The translations under genes and the position numbers were made by a program. DNA of 64,000 nt from Calcarisporiella thermophila CBS 279.70. Lineage: Eukaryota; Fungi; Calcarisporiellomycota. Below the pieces are notes generated by a model, which was given only the letters and a program-made list of their open reading frames with translations, did no database searches and was not told the origin of the DNA. Shown one piece after another: positions 26,136 to 39,424 of this stretch. The stretch lies in assembly GCF_041956535.1 (NCBI RefSeq), contig NW_027192194.1, forward strand, positions 684,760-748,759, written 5' to 3'. The stretch's first letter is position 1. Every line of letters begins with the position of its first letter.

Positions 26136-27727
26136 ATGGATGCATCGAAAATAACGCGCATCGTTTTCATCGCACTTGTTCTCGATATTCTCGCATTCAC
26201 CATTATTCTACCCTTATTTCCACGACTCATTCACTTTTATAACTTTTCAGAAGATAAGGTATACAAGTGCTGATTAATATTTACTGACATTTCAACTCTA
26301 GCGAAATTGACCTCGATGTAACTCCTCTCTACCTATTTAGAGCTGGCTATTGGAATGGTCGCTAAAATGTATGGCTGAGTTCCGTCGTTTAGTTGGGAGA
26401 TTTGTCCCTGTTTCGTCTTCATGGGACACCGTCTTATTAGGTGGGGCGCTTGGCTCCCTGTTCTCATTTCTACAGTTCCTCATATCCCCTGTAATCGGCT
26501 CTCTATCGGATCGTTGGGGCAGAAGGACTGTTCTGCTTTTCTCCATGGTAACATTTCGCTTTATTTTTTTTTCTTTCTCATGGAGAAAAGAGCCCTGGCC
26601 ATCTATTTTTTTTTTCTATTCCTTGGCATATTTCTAACTCTATTTCATCTTTCTAGCTGGGCAATATTGCATCCAGTTGTCTTTGGATGACTGCAAAGAC
26701 ATTCGAACGCTTTGTACTCGCCCGTGTTGTTGGAGGTTTGAGCGAGGGAAACGTTCAACTTTCCATCGCTATCGTATCGGATGTTACGACCAAAGAGACA
26801 CGTTCACGGGCGGTTGCCCTTGTTGGAATTGCCTTCGCGATATCTTTCACCATTGGTCCTGCAATAGGTGCATATTTCGCCTCCAAGGATATTTCGAGCG
26901 TACACCCCAAACTCATTGAGTGGGGGTTCAATCCATACTCCACTTCAGCCTTGATCTCCTTGATTCTCCTCATCATCGAAATCATGTTTATTTATATCTT
27001 CCTCCCTGAAACCGCAAACATATCCCGAAAACAGGAGTCGGGCTCCTCCAAGTCCACTGAAAAACACCCTCAACTAAGTGCTACGGAAAAAAACAAGCGT
27101 ATTGATAATCTTCGGGTTCTCTCCGCTCTTCACTTCGCCTTCCTCTTTATTTTCTCTGGGATGGAGTTCACGATAACCTTTCTCACGTTTGATCTCTTTG
27201 ACTTCACTCATATGCAGCAAGGGAAACTCTTGGGATTTATAGGGATTCTTTCTTCTCTGTTCCAGGGGGGATATGTGCGCAGAAGAGCACATAGTGTAGG
27301 AGAGAAGAGAGTTGCCTTACAAGGGATGGCATCATGCGCGCTTGCATTGGCGTGTATAGCTGGAGTTGCAGCTTTTCCTAGTCTTGGCCTGCTTTATACG
27401 GGGGCTGCCCTGTTGGCCTTCACCTCAGCAAGCGTTGTGACCTGCCTCACTGCTCTTGCCTCATTACAATGTGACGGGTTACAATCAGGTGCGGAAGATG
27501 GAAGAAAAGGAGCAACCCGATATGCAGGCGCAGGGAGCACTTTAGGAAAGTTCCGCTCCTGGGGTCAGCTTGGCCGTGCACTGGGACCCATCGCTGCATG
27601 CTCTCTCTACTGGCTCCAAGGGCCAATGCGATGCTATGGCATTGGTTCCCTATCCATGGCATTAATTGCCAGTCTATTTTCCAGAGTTCTAGTTGATATT
27701 GATACTAAAAAGAAAAAAAATGTTTAG
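26136..27727 (+). CDS. MFS transporter (MFSD10/tetracycline-efflux-like), 3 exons
   Basis: LDILAFTIILPLFP, motif A GSLSDRWGRR, GGLSEGNVQLS and QGGYVRR. Confidence 0.88.
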
Positions 27728-28127
27728 ACCATTTCTTCAACTAGTCATCTATTAATTTATATTCTACTGTTCTTTTTCATGGCACACTATCAGCCCGCAA
27801 TATAAATAGCATTCTTCTTTCTTAAACTGGAGGATCAGTTTGAGTATGTTGGTATTATAATACAAAATACATTCTTAGTAGATATGTATGAAAGGTAAAG
27901 AAATCGTAAGCCATATGATCAGAATGTCACTCGAATAAACAATGCAAGAAAATGGTGATTATTTTATTGAATTTGTCAACAAAAATTTGCACCAGTCAAG
28001 GGTTGCATTCAATAAATAGAGTAAAAAAACTAAACATAATAGGAGACATAAAACGAAACATCAAGTATCCAGTAGAGAGGTGATATACCAAGAGTATTGG
28101 ATTCATTACACATTCGCGTTTGTATTT

Positions 28128-29443
28128 CTACCCCAATTCGGGATCCACTTCTCCCTTCTCTTCTCTTGGTTTGTACTTGTCTTCATCCGCTTGGATCTCT
28201 TTCCGCCAGCCCCATCTTTTGCTTAACCAAAGAACAAGGTATACAAGCCCGATCAATACTGGCACTTCGATCAATGGTCCTACTACCGATGCAAGTGCCT
28301 CTTCAGAATCAATCCCAAATGTTGCTACAGCTACAGCGATTGCCAGCTCGAAATTGTTACTTGCGGCAGTGAATGTTTGCGTGACGGCAACTTCATATTC
28401 TGCGCCAAGACACATCCGCAAGAAAGATAAAGTTAAGAAGAAGATGATAATAAAATAGGCCAGTAGCGGAACAGCTACACGCACCACTGGAACGATATTT
28501 TCAATGACCTGTCGGCCTTGCATGCCAAACATAATGACAATCGTGAAAAGGAGTCCAAGCAGTGCGGTGGGCCCAAAATAAGGAAGGAAGCAGGTGTTGT
28601 ACCAACGACGTCCAGCGATGGAGAGAAGAACAAATCGTGTAATGACCGCGGCAGCCAATGGTATCCCAAGAAAAATGAGAACAGAACGAGCAACATCCCA
28701 CACACTAATGAATCCGACCAGTTTATCAGGAGTAGCGCCGAACCAAGAAGGCACAACATTAAGATAGAAATAAGCAAACGGACTGTAAAGGGCTATCTGT
28801 AGTAGAGAATTGATAGCCACAAGGATAGCGCAATACTCGGAGTCTCCACCAGCGATTTGATTCCAAATGAGAACCATCGCAATACATCGTGCCAACCCCA
28901 CTAGTATCACACCATTCCGATACCCGGGCAAGTCTGGCAAGGTAGCCCAAGCCAAGGCAGTCATGATCGCAGGCGCAATAATCCAATTTAGAGTAATTGA
29001 GATAGCAAGCTGCTTCCAAATGGAGCGGGATATCAAGATTTGCGGGAGGAGTTCGAATTGAACCTTACAAAGTATCGGATACATCATCCAGAGAAGTCCG
29101 ATGGCAATGGGGATGGATATACCGTTGAGTTGGAGATGATTGAATGCGTCGCCCATGCCAGGTACGAAATACCCCAATAAGATGCCTAGAGCTATGGCAA
29201 GAATAATCCAAAGGGCTAGCAGACGATCTAGCCACGATAAACCCCGTATGACATTTGTTCCGATTGTTCCTAATATCATAGAGAGGGAAAAAATGAACGA
29301 GAAATTATTATAATTGGATAGTGGGCTAAATTCATACCTTTCTTATCGAATCTCTGGCTGACAGCACCGCTACACGATGCTCGAGATGAGGATAAGTCCA
29401 TTCTTGTTGAGGAAGTGATATTGTTTTCGTGCGTATTTTCCAT
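28128..29443 (-). CDS. ACR3: Arsenite/antimonite efflux transporter Acr3, 2 exons (alternative start 29401)
   Basis: GLLWMMYPILCKV, GLARCIAMVLIW with the conserved Cys, ASNNFELAIAVA and GPLIEVP. Confidence 0.96.
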
Positions 29444-29665
29444 AGCTATTTCTGGAACAGAGTTTTGAATGAGAGGGGTGAATTAGCAGCGAATTCATTT
29501 TTCACACAAGCTTACCATCTAATTTTCGGCACCTGCTCGCATAGCAGAATTGCAATTACCTTCGTTTATTATTTTGAATCCTCGTTTTCAAGTAGTTGCT
29601 CTATGAATTGTCTCTATATAAATAAAGTGGAAATCCTTAAATATCAATATATGGTAATTGACAAG

Positions 29666-29784
29666 CGTTAACGTTATAATTAGTTAACTATTGGTCGAGA
29701 GCATGCTAACGAGAGATCGATTTTGTGATTGGTGGGGATGACAGTTTTGATTGATATTAAGCCCATGATTATAGATCGATCTCT
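29666..29784. promoter_or_regulatory. Palindromes in the shared ACR3/ACR2 promoter
   Basis: CGTTAACG (29666-73), TAACGTTA (29669-76), TAGTTAACTA (29681-90), and inverted repeat AGAGATCGAT (29712-21) / ATCGATCTCT (29775-84). Function is inferred only. Confidence 0.35.
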
Positions 29785-29942
29785 TCTACATAAAAACCCA
29801 TACGGTGAGTGGCAAAATTGGACAACTCAAAAGCTTTCTGTGGCTTTATTCAAATAACGCAATTTACCATTGGTATTTCTCAATATTGCAATAATATTTA
29901 GAGGCTCTCCTTAGTCCTGATCCTTATTCATCGTTTCATACC

Positions 29943-30455
29943 ATGGCTACTATTAGACCAAAAAATGCTGAGGGCTACCCTCCTGTTAGCGAAGAGCTGG
30001 AGCTGCCTCTTATCGAGGCTGAAGATCTGGCCAAGACCATCCGCGAGGGCGATAAAGATGTGCTTGTAGTCGATTGTAGGCGGAATGATTTTGCGGTTAG
30101 AATTGGTTTTGCTGCAATCGAAACACAATTAAGGCTCCATTTCTTTCTGTAATAACAACAGGGAGGGCATGTCAAAGGAGCTATCAACGAGCCAGCGCAA
30201 TCATTCGCGGAACGTGCTGAACTTCTTGCTCAAAGCATACCACAGAAAAAGGTAGTTTTTTACTGCATGTCCTCAAATGGCCGCGGACCTCGTTGTGCGG
30301 GATATTACCAGCAGGCATTGAATAATCTCGGAATCAAAGATAAAAAAGCTTACGTGTTGAAGGGGGGAATCTTGAAGTGGGTAAAGAATTTCAGCAATGA
30401 AGATGACCTAACCGAAGGATATGACGAAGACTGGTGGAAACAACAGTCCAACTAA
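29943..30455 (+). CDS. ACR2: Cdc25/rhodanese-fold arsenate reductase (Acr2/Ych1 family), 2 exons (intron 30096-30161)
   Basis: VVDCRRNDFAGGHVKGAINEP and CX5R active site FYCMSSNGRGPRCA. Divergent from ACR3. Confidence 0.85.
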
Positions 30456-30758
30456 TTTTGATCGTTTCTCCCTTTTTTTTACTTATGTTTGGTTCAATAA
30501 ATACATACAAATATTTGCTATTCAAGTGCTAATTTTGATATCTGTTTAAAGAGCTGCATCCGAGGAGTGCTAAGACATAATATTTCGACGGCATTTTATG
30601 CCTTAGATACAACAATTTATCACTTGGCGCTGATATGCTAGACTGTGAGCAATCCAATATGGAAATATTATTTAAATAAAAAAGAGAATATAATACACTC
30701 TTTGAAGTAATTAAATCTTGTTTAAAGGGTGAGATATATAGCTTTCTAAGCGATAGCA

Positions 30759-33700
30759 TCATCCACCGAAGACGAGTCGCAGGATTAAATAAGTGACACA
30801 GCCCAAAAATCTCACTGCACTCAGGAAAGCCACGGCCCAGAATATAAACTAAGAAAACAAGACTCAATTATGCGCAGATAAGGTTGGGAAATGCATTTAT
30901 AGTTACCGTTAAATAAGGATTAAAGCCTCTTCTCACGTCTTGGTTATTCGAGATTAGATCGTTGAACCAATCACTGGTCATGGTAATGATGAGCAGCGCG
31001 TTTGAGAAAGCCCAGCTTAACACGAGATTGGTACGGAACAGCTTATAGTAGTCCTCCTGTTTTGTTTTCGCATCACGCTTCTGCTCTTTTTTCACTTCAG
31101 GGACCGAGAGCTCGCGCAACATCTCTTCATAGGCAGCACTGATATCATGCTGTTCCACCGGCATCTCGACTCGAACGATTTGCTTACCACTCTCAGATTT
31201 CGTCACTGGTGCCGCCCCAAGACTAGCTGCGTTGTTATCGCCCTTTGTGCCCCACGAGACGTCATGGGTATTGCAAAATGCATATACCATCAGGATATTG
31301 ATGTAGGAGGGCATAAGCAGGAGATATTGCAAAAATGAAGTGAACATATGCCAGGGCTCCAGGTGCAAAAACGAGGCGACAAAGTAGAGAAGGTAGGTCG
31401 AACCAAGGGATATGACAATATCACGGAAAACAGGTGAGGTGCGCAATAAAACAAGAGTCTGCTTCCAGCCTTCGAGCGTCTTTGGCACTGAATGGTAAAT
31501 CGTGAAGCCGGAAACGTAGAACTAATCAACGAAGTAGGTTATGTATCAGCATCATTAGGGGGACATACCAGTTGCCTACCATAATCATCATAATCACGCC
31601 AAAGAGCACAACACAAATTCGATACAGCCACTTGGATCCTTGAGGACGATTGCCCAAAGCAGAAATAAAGATGATCACGATAACCTAAATGTAGACAGAG
31701 GTCGGTCAGAGCCATCCATTTAGAGTAGAGCATCACGTGTCTCGTGTATACCATAATGTAGAGGTTTCGCATGACTGGAAAAATCTTCTCCCCATACGTG
31801 AAAAATGGGTCAGGCACCCCTGTGTCTATTTGCCTTGTTATTTCTTGCCCGTTGATTTTCTCGGTGATCTTGATGGGGAAAGATGCCTTCCCGAGGAAGA
31901 AGAACGCTAGATAGAAGTTAGCCTAGGAGAGATAAATGATTAATCACCACACCATAATGCGATTGAATATATGGTCTACCAGCGCAAACCAATTGAAGAG
32001 CAGATTGATTCCATTATAAAAGAATTCAAACGTCAACAGCAGCTTTCTAAAGAAATTGTGTCCAGAATTGTAGATTCGGTAAAAGTGCAATGTGCCATAG
32101 ACTGCTGCAAAAAATGATCCATTCAGCCATCTTCTTCGTTGTGAGATGAACTCGGGGAGGTTGTCGGGAACATCGGTCTCAGCCTTAGCGGATTTAACAT
32201 ACTTAAGAAGCCACGCCTCATTTCGTTTAGCGACAAGCTCGAAACATAAGATGCGGTCTTCAGCAAGGTACATGTTAGCTTCGAATATCCCGGCGTCAGT
32301 CGCGCCACCGTGCAATTGTTCGCCTTTGAAGTATGAGGCTAGGGGGCCAACGCCAGGAGCTGAATCCTTAAGTGCGCGATACCGATAGGCTGAAAAGGCT
32401 CCGGGAAGCACGGAGATGTATCCGAAAACGGATTCGAGAGGCTTATCCAGGATGTTCGACATTTTATATTCGAAATTTTGCGAGGCAACCAGCGGGTTGA
32501 GTAGATTAGTCCAGCCCCGACCGAGCTCGGCGCAGATCTCACCGCAAGCACCTCCCACGTTAGGATTGCGATCAAAGGCTGTAACAAGATTGCGTAAGAC
32601 CATAAAATTGCTTTTCTATCTTCAATCAACACAAGCATACCCTTCCAGAGATGATAAATCGAAGTCGAGCTAGGCTTTGTCCCTACGTCCAGCAAGATGC
32701 AGACGTGCGGGTTAAGCAGTGGAGCAAAAGCGTTGAAAAACCATCGATGCGAGTTCAGTTTCTTCTTGTTCTGCTCCTTTAGGCAGAACAGGACTTGTAC
32801 AGGGACAGCACACTTGTCTGAGCCGTGCACTTGCATCTTGGTATCGAGCATGGTCTGCACTGTATATTCAAACAGGTGGCCCGTGACAGGTTTCCCGGCA
32901 ACCTCAGACTTGGCGATGCCCTCCTGGTAAACCCCCATTGCTCCCAGGACTTTGAGAACGCGCGGGTTTATCTTGTTACGGCCATCGGAGACAATGCATG
33001 CCACGATCTTCTGCCACCCGTCTTGTCCCCATGTCTTGGACCGCGACCGACTACAGAGGTGCATTACGTTCTTGATGACGGAATTCATTGTTTTGAGAAA
33101 TAGCTCCTCATCCTCCTACGGAATAAAAAGAGGCTTGGTTTAGAACTCATCCAAGAGAGACCCGGATAGACTCCGTACATTATACATGGTCATCACAATG
33201 AAAATCTCGGTTTTCCTTCTATACAAGTAAGGGCGGAGAGTGTATCTCTCATTAATAAAATCGTCGGGATCGCAAGTGACAGCGGTGTATCGCATATATT
33301 GGAACTCTTCTCCCTGGGTATATCTCACATTACGTAGCACCTTCTCTGGAACTGGACAGTCGAGAACTAGATTCCCTTGCACAAGCTCTACATGGCGAAA
33401 TGACTAGGAGGAAAAACGAAACAGCTTATATGAGCTTTCAATATAGTTGGCACGCAGAGCGAGTAAGCAAAATACCTGTCGATTTTTAGCACGCTGTGCT
33501 CTCTGGCGTTGCTCATACTCCATATCAATTCGGTGTTCATTCCCACTATATTGATTCCTACGGTAATTAGGCGAGGTATTATGGCTTGGATATGCACCAG
33601 GTGAGTGATTATCCACGGAGTATCCCGTTGAAGAGTTGCTCATCGGTTCTGGAGCGCGGTGCTGGACCATGGCAATATGCTCACTGTCGTTGGTGAAGAA

Positions 33701-33886
33701 AGAATATTGGTCATCTTGCTGCTGATAGTCATAAGTGCGCTGATGATGACGGTGATGGTCGCGAGTCGTTTGGCGAGGGGGATAGCCGCCTCTTCCACCC
33801 GAGTGCGAGTGCAGCGGTGACGGTGGCTTTTGAGAATGGTAACCTGCATTATAGGCGCCATCCAAAGGAGTGTTCATATAAGACAT
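30759..33886 (-). CDS. Chitin synthase (division 1), multi-exon
   Basis: [48 protein letters not shown] and HDVSWGTKG. Confidence 0.96.
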
Positions 33887-34755
33887 GTTATTGGGTATAT
33901 TAAGGGATAGTAATTCACGAAATAAATAGAAATTAAGAGGAAACGAATCGAATTGTTAGGAGAGGAGTAATACGACAACCATCAGTGGTGAATTGAAATT
34001 AGCATCCATAAAGCTTTGTGGACCAGGCCAGTAAATGTCTTTGACTAAAGGATGATACTGGGGAGGCAGAAATGGGTATTGACGCGAATAAAGAAGGGAT
34101 GGGGGCGAGAGGATTGTGTAGAGGATTATAGGAGTATTGGAAATGCGCGTGGAGTCCAAAGTTACAGTTTCTTCGAGACAGACGAGGATACCCGGCGTCA
34201 AATTAGGAAGGGGAAGAATGATAACCGCAAAGGTGGCACAGAACCTTAATTCCACACCTTGGCTTCTAGATTGGTCTCCTCATTTAGAGAATAACAATAA
34301 TATACTCAACTATAGAAGCTCTGAAGACTGGCTACGAATTAGAGCTTGGATGGCCCTCTGTTAACATTCTTGGGCAGTTGTGCTTTTAGTGCCAGCGAGC
34401 GTACAAAATTTAGATTGTGCGGAACATAACTGTCTATAAATATAACCTCGTGGTTACACACAAAACACGCAAACAATTCAATGCAGAGCCTATGACGTCG
34501 ATGAGTAACGTCACCGGGTGCAACTCTACGATCTCACCGGGCTTTCTCCCTCCCCCCTCTCCAAAACCTCCCGCTCCTTTCCCCAAAAAAAGATATATCC
34601 CATTTGAAGATAGTCCAGTGTGTCAATAAAAGTTATTATTGCCATTCCGGAAGCCTCCTCCCCTCCTGGCCCAATTATCTCTGGAAAAGGGGATTTTACG
34701 AAGATAGCTTGCTCTGATCCCCCTCCTGTGTTCACGATTGGGTCTTGTGCTCACT

Positions 34756-35810
34756 ATGGAACGAGACATACAAATGGACGAATTCTACGACGGTAGGTGC
34801 TGTCTGTTAATTTACCAGTCTTAATCCACTCTCCAAAGTTGAATGTTGTGCTAATCTTTAGACATAGCTAATGAGAGCGAATTTGAATGCGACTCTTGGA
34901 TAGAGTGGTTCTGCGTGCGCACGGGAGGCTACTTCGTGGAGGTCCCTGAGGAATTCATCGAGGACGAGTTCAATCTTACCGGTCTTGCCAATCTTGTGCC
35001 TTACTATCGTGATGCTCTCGAAATGATTCTGGACATTGAATCGGACGAGGACAACTACGGCGCGCCAGACGAAACCCTTGTAACGCAGAGCGCAGAGTTG
35101 CTCTATGGCCTTATCCATCAACGATATATCATAACAAGAGCAGGGCTGGAAGACATGGTAAATCCATTACAATGGTTGCTCTATCCCCGTACTAAACGAA
35201 CACACGTATGTATTTGGGTGACTAGCTGAACAAGCTTGAGCAGGGTCATTTCGGAACTTGCCCAAGAGTCTTTTGCCGGAGGTGCATCGTTGTTCCGTGT
35301 GGGAGATACGATTACCCAGGACTCGACACTCTCAAGCTGTACTGCCCAAACTGCCAAGATCTCTATAACCCAACCAACTCACGCTATTCCACCATCGATG
35401 GTAAGCATTCTCGCGTCCCCCTCCATTCTTGCGCCTCATCAATGATCGTCTCTGATCCCTTCTTCTAAGGTGCCTATTTTGGGACGACCTTTCCCCACCT
35501 CTTCTTTCATACATATCCTGAGCTCCTCCCTAAAACGAATACAAACAAATGCTATGTTCCGCGCATCTTTGGATTCAGGGTCTCCGAAAAAAGTAGGTCT
35601 GGTCCGCGAATGGAATGGTTGCGGAAGAAGCCATTGGAAAAGGGTGAGCTAGACAAAGTTGAGAGCGACTATGAAAGCAGCGATAGGGAAATGCCCGACG
35701 GGACGCTAGAGGACGATGAAGAAAGGGATAATTTAGATGACATTGAAGAAGACACAAAGAACACGAGCGAAAATACGCAACTTGGCACGCAGCATCGTGT
35801 GAATAGATAA
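34756..35810 (+). CDS. Casein kinase II regulatory (beta) subunit, 4 exons
   Basis: [34 protein letters not shown]...CPNC zinc motif, [13 protein letters not shown] and YVPRIFGF. Confidence 0.95.
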
Positions 35811-36188
35811 GCATGAATAAGCTCTATGAATCGCCGTCCCCTCCGACAGCCACCCAAGACTACCAAGCAATAACATTCCCTTCTTGGTCTCCCTTTCCCC
35901 CACTTACTATCTCTAAGTATCCTCCCATCACCTGCATCATCCTCTTGCAATCAAAAAGAAAAGTGCTTCTCTTCCCTCCCCCCCCCCCCCCCACAATAAT
36001 TTGAGCCGAATGAGGAGCAATATGGACACTTTTCATGATATATATTATTTCTGATTATTCTATTTTTTTTTTGTAAATATGTTTGTGGATGTAAGTTCTG
36101 AAAAATAAAATGGAAAAAAATAACCATTTTATTATCATTATTGTCAATATTATTCACAAGTTAAAATCCGAAAAGCGCCCTCGCTCCT

Positions 36189-38514
36189 CTAGTTGTCAGC
36201 AATTTCCTGCTGGACAAACTCGGGGTACTTCTTGATCACCTCGTCCCAAGTCGTTGTCTCTTCGCAGAGCTCTTTAAGCAGCTGCAAGATAACATCCGAT
36301 TTTTCACGGATTTGCTTGGTGGTATCACGCTCACGCAGAGTCACCGTGCCGTCCTGTACCGACTGGAAGTCGATGGTGACTGCGAACGGCGTACCAAGCT
36401 CGTCATTGCGCGCGTACCTGCGGCCAATGGAGACACCCGAGTCGTCCACCTTGGATGTGATGCCGAGTTTGCGCAGCCGGGAGGAGAGTTCCTGCACCTT
36501 CGGGACAAAAGCCTTGTTGGAGCTCAGTGGAGTCAGGAGACACTTGAATGGGGCCACAATGGCGGGGAAGGAGAGCACCGCACGCTGTTCGTCGTCTTCA
36601 CGAGTCCAGTACGAGTGCTCAATGAGCGAGTAGAGGATGCGGCCGATACCGAAGGATGGCTCGATGACGTTAGGAGTGTATTCGCGAACTGTCGAAGTGA
36701 GAGATGCGTAAGTTCAATCGCCTGAGATTATGCAAAAACCCCTCCTGCAATCAACGCCAACTTACCATGTTCGGTGACCTTGGCTTTCTCGATGGTGATC
36801 ATGTCTGAGCTGACCTCATACACCGCACCATCGGTGCCGGTCACGTTGGCTTTGCCGCCGGCGCTATCCATCTGGGCCTTGAGGGCCTCGAGCTGAGCGT
36901 CCTCCAACGCTAAGAGGGCCTCCTCGACGGCCTTGGCGTTCTTCTTCAAGCGCGGGCCGAACACTTTCTTGTTCACCTCAAGCTGCCACCGTTCAACCAC
37001 GAGGGGCTCGGGAAGATTCTCGCGCACAACAAGCTTCTCTTTGGTACGGCGGGAATGCATCGTCAGATCGAACGCGGAGCGGTCGGCACAGCCAACACAC
37101 TCGATCCAGCCCTAAGTAACAAAAAAGAAATCCCACCATCAAACCCCCGGTCTTGAGCAACTCCAAATAAAAGCCACCTACATAGCTAGTGTGGATTTCT
37201 GCGTCCCAGCAGTCGCAGGCATAATGTGCCATCTCATTGCGCATGTGCTGACGGAACCGTAGCCTCTGGGTGTTGATACCGATCTTCTTGAGGAACAGGT
37301 AGATACGGACGAGGAAGTAGCCGAGAGTTTGGTTGTCTACCAGTTTCTTCTCCACCGCCTCCCCAATGGTGATTTCGATCGGCTGTGTGTTACCCGCGAG
37401 CTGCTCGTTTGCCGAGAGTAACCGCAGTGAGACGTGTTTGACCTCATCAAAGCGGGGATGGTCCTTCTTTAGGGGATCGACGTAGTGCTCGATTTCAGCC
37501 ATGTTGAACTCGCTAAATCATACAAATGCTCTATTAACACCGATTTTTTTTCATCCCGCGAGCTCTTAGCAGCAAATATTTACCGCACACGGAGTAGACC
37601 GGACCGTGGAGAAATCTCGTTACGGAATGATTTGCCGATTTGGGCGCTTGCGAAGGGCATGCGGCCATTGTTGAACTCGAGCAGTTTCTTGAAGCAGAGG
37701 AACTGCCCCTGGGCGGTTTCGGGACGCAAATAGCTGTAAGGTGACCATGAGTCAAATGCGGGGAAACACAGCATAGCAATGTATCTAGTATCCTACCCTT
37801 TCAGCGTACCGGTAGGCCCGATCATCGACTCGAACATCAAATTAAACTCGACGGGCTCGGTGAGTTCGTTACCGCTCTCCGGGTTGGTGATATTATACTT
37901 TCTAATGAGCTCGCCAAGCTCTGGGCCAGAGTAGTTGTCAATCTACACAGTCGAGTAGGTTATCCATGGGTGAGATACAGATGTCATCAATAGCATGAGA
38001 TCGGGTGATGGATCATTACCTGGGCTAGGATGATCTCATACTCGGCGCGAATAGAGTCTTCAAGCTCCACGGCAGTGACTTTTCCGGCCTTCTTCTTCTT
38101 CTTGTCATCCTTCTTCTTCTCCTCTTCCGAGTTCTTCTCCTCCTTGACCTTTCGTGCAATCTTATCCCCCTCCAATCGTGCCTCGAGCACGGCTTCAACC
38201 AAGTGATCGGCGCGGAAAATTTCGCCCGTCACCTTGTCGCGTACCATCCAGTCGGCAAATTTGTCGACGTGGCCCGATGTCTTTAATACCTCCGCAGGCG
38301 TGACAATGCTGCAGTCAACTTCAAGCATATCCTCCTCGATGACGAAATGATGCCGCCATAATTGCATGATGTTGGCCTGAAGAGCGCAGCCAGTTGGCCC
38401 GTAATCATACAAACCAGCAACACCGCCATAGATCTGGAAAGAGGGTGCATAGAAGAATCGTTTTGACATGAGCTGCTCGAGAGCATTGCGGTCGAATTTT
38501 TTTTCGGCTGTCAT
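36189..38514 (-). CDS. GRS1: Glycyl-tRNA synthetase, multi-exon
   Basis: [43 protein letters not shown] and [13 protein letters not shown]. Confidence 0.97.
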
Positions 38515-39424
38515 GATGTAGAAGTCGTCGTGGGCTTTGGTGTTTGAGACAATGGTTGACGAAAAGTAGTCCACTTATTTATAATTTCTACACTCTGATT
38601 CATGCACAGCAAGTGTAAACAGAAATCATTGGCCACCAAATGAAAAAATTGGAAGTCATTTTCACTAAGATTTAGTAACCCATTATGCACTGTATTTAGC
38701 CATATGCCCATCCCCCCACAGAGCTCTGTAGGGCAACTCGGCGCGATATCCATCCATGTTTTGCTCAATAACCGGCCATTATATGATGGCACATGCGCAA
38801 AGCGTAGTAGCCATTCTATTTTTCCGTATTAGGAGCGTGTATATGTCCAGTGCTTGGTTTAAAATGAGCAGCTATTTTTCTGATGTTCTTTAGAAGAGCG
38901 CAATAAACCCTCCCGACAGATTTTACGTGATTTAATCACTTAAAAAAAAATTGGAGAGTTAGGCCGAATTCACGAGTAATCGCTTAAAAACTTAGTCGAT
39001 GCCCTGAAAAATACACGTCTTTGACCAAAGCAGGAGGATCCGAAGTTATCAGATGTCTCTACTGATGAGCCAAGTTGGATTGGGGAGTTTAGAGCAACCC
39101 AAGGGCATGGGATCCCGCTATATTGGTTTTCAAGGGATATACGCAGCCATGAGTTAACTCAGTCAGGCTCTATTTTCTTAACTTTTAAGCCTACCACAGA
39201 AATAGGGAAATATTTAACGCAGCAAATGTTGGAGGGCTCACAAATGATTATCCGCCCAGCCTCTTGTAAACTCATCGGCACTTTCGTCATTCACTTGATA
39301 GTTCCATATTTCATTCATCACATTTTGTCACCGAGTAATATAAAATGAAGGACCACCGTTTCACCGTGCCTACGACTAGAGACAAAAATCCACCGCTTTC
39401 AATAGGAGAATCAACGTTATCAAG

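Noticed and set aside
26136-27727. MFS transporter as part of the arsenic module
   Set aside because: Convergent to ACR3, shares a promoter with NPT1, and belongs to a conserved MFSD10-like family.
38515-38574. Non-AUG mitochondrial extension of GRS1, as in yeast
   Set aside because: The upstream open stretch is only 20 codons, acidic ([20 protein letters not shown]) and bounded by TAA.
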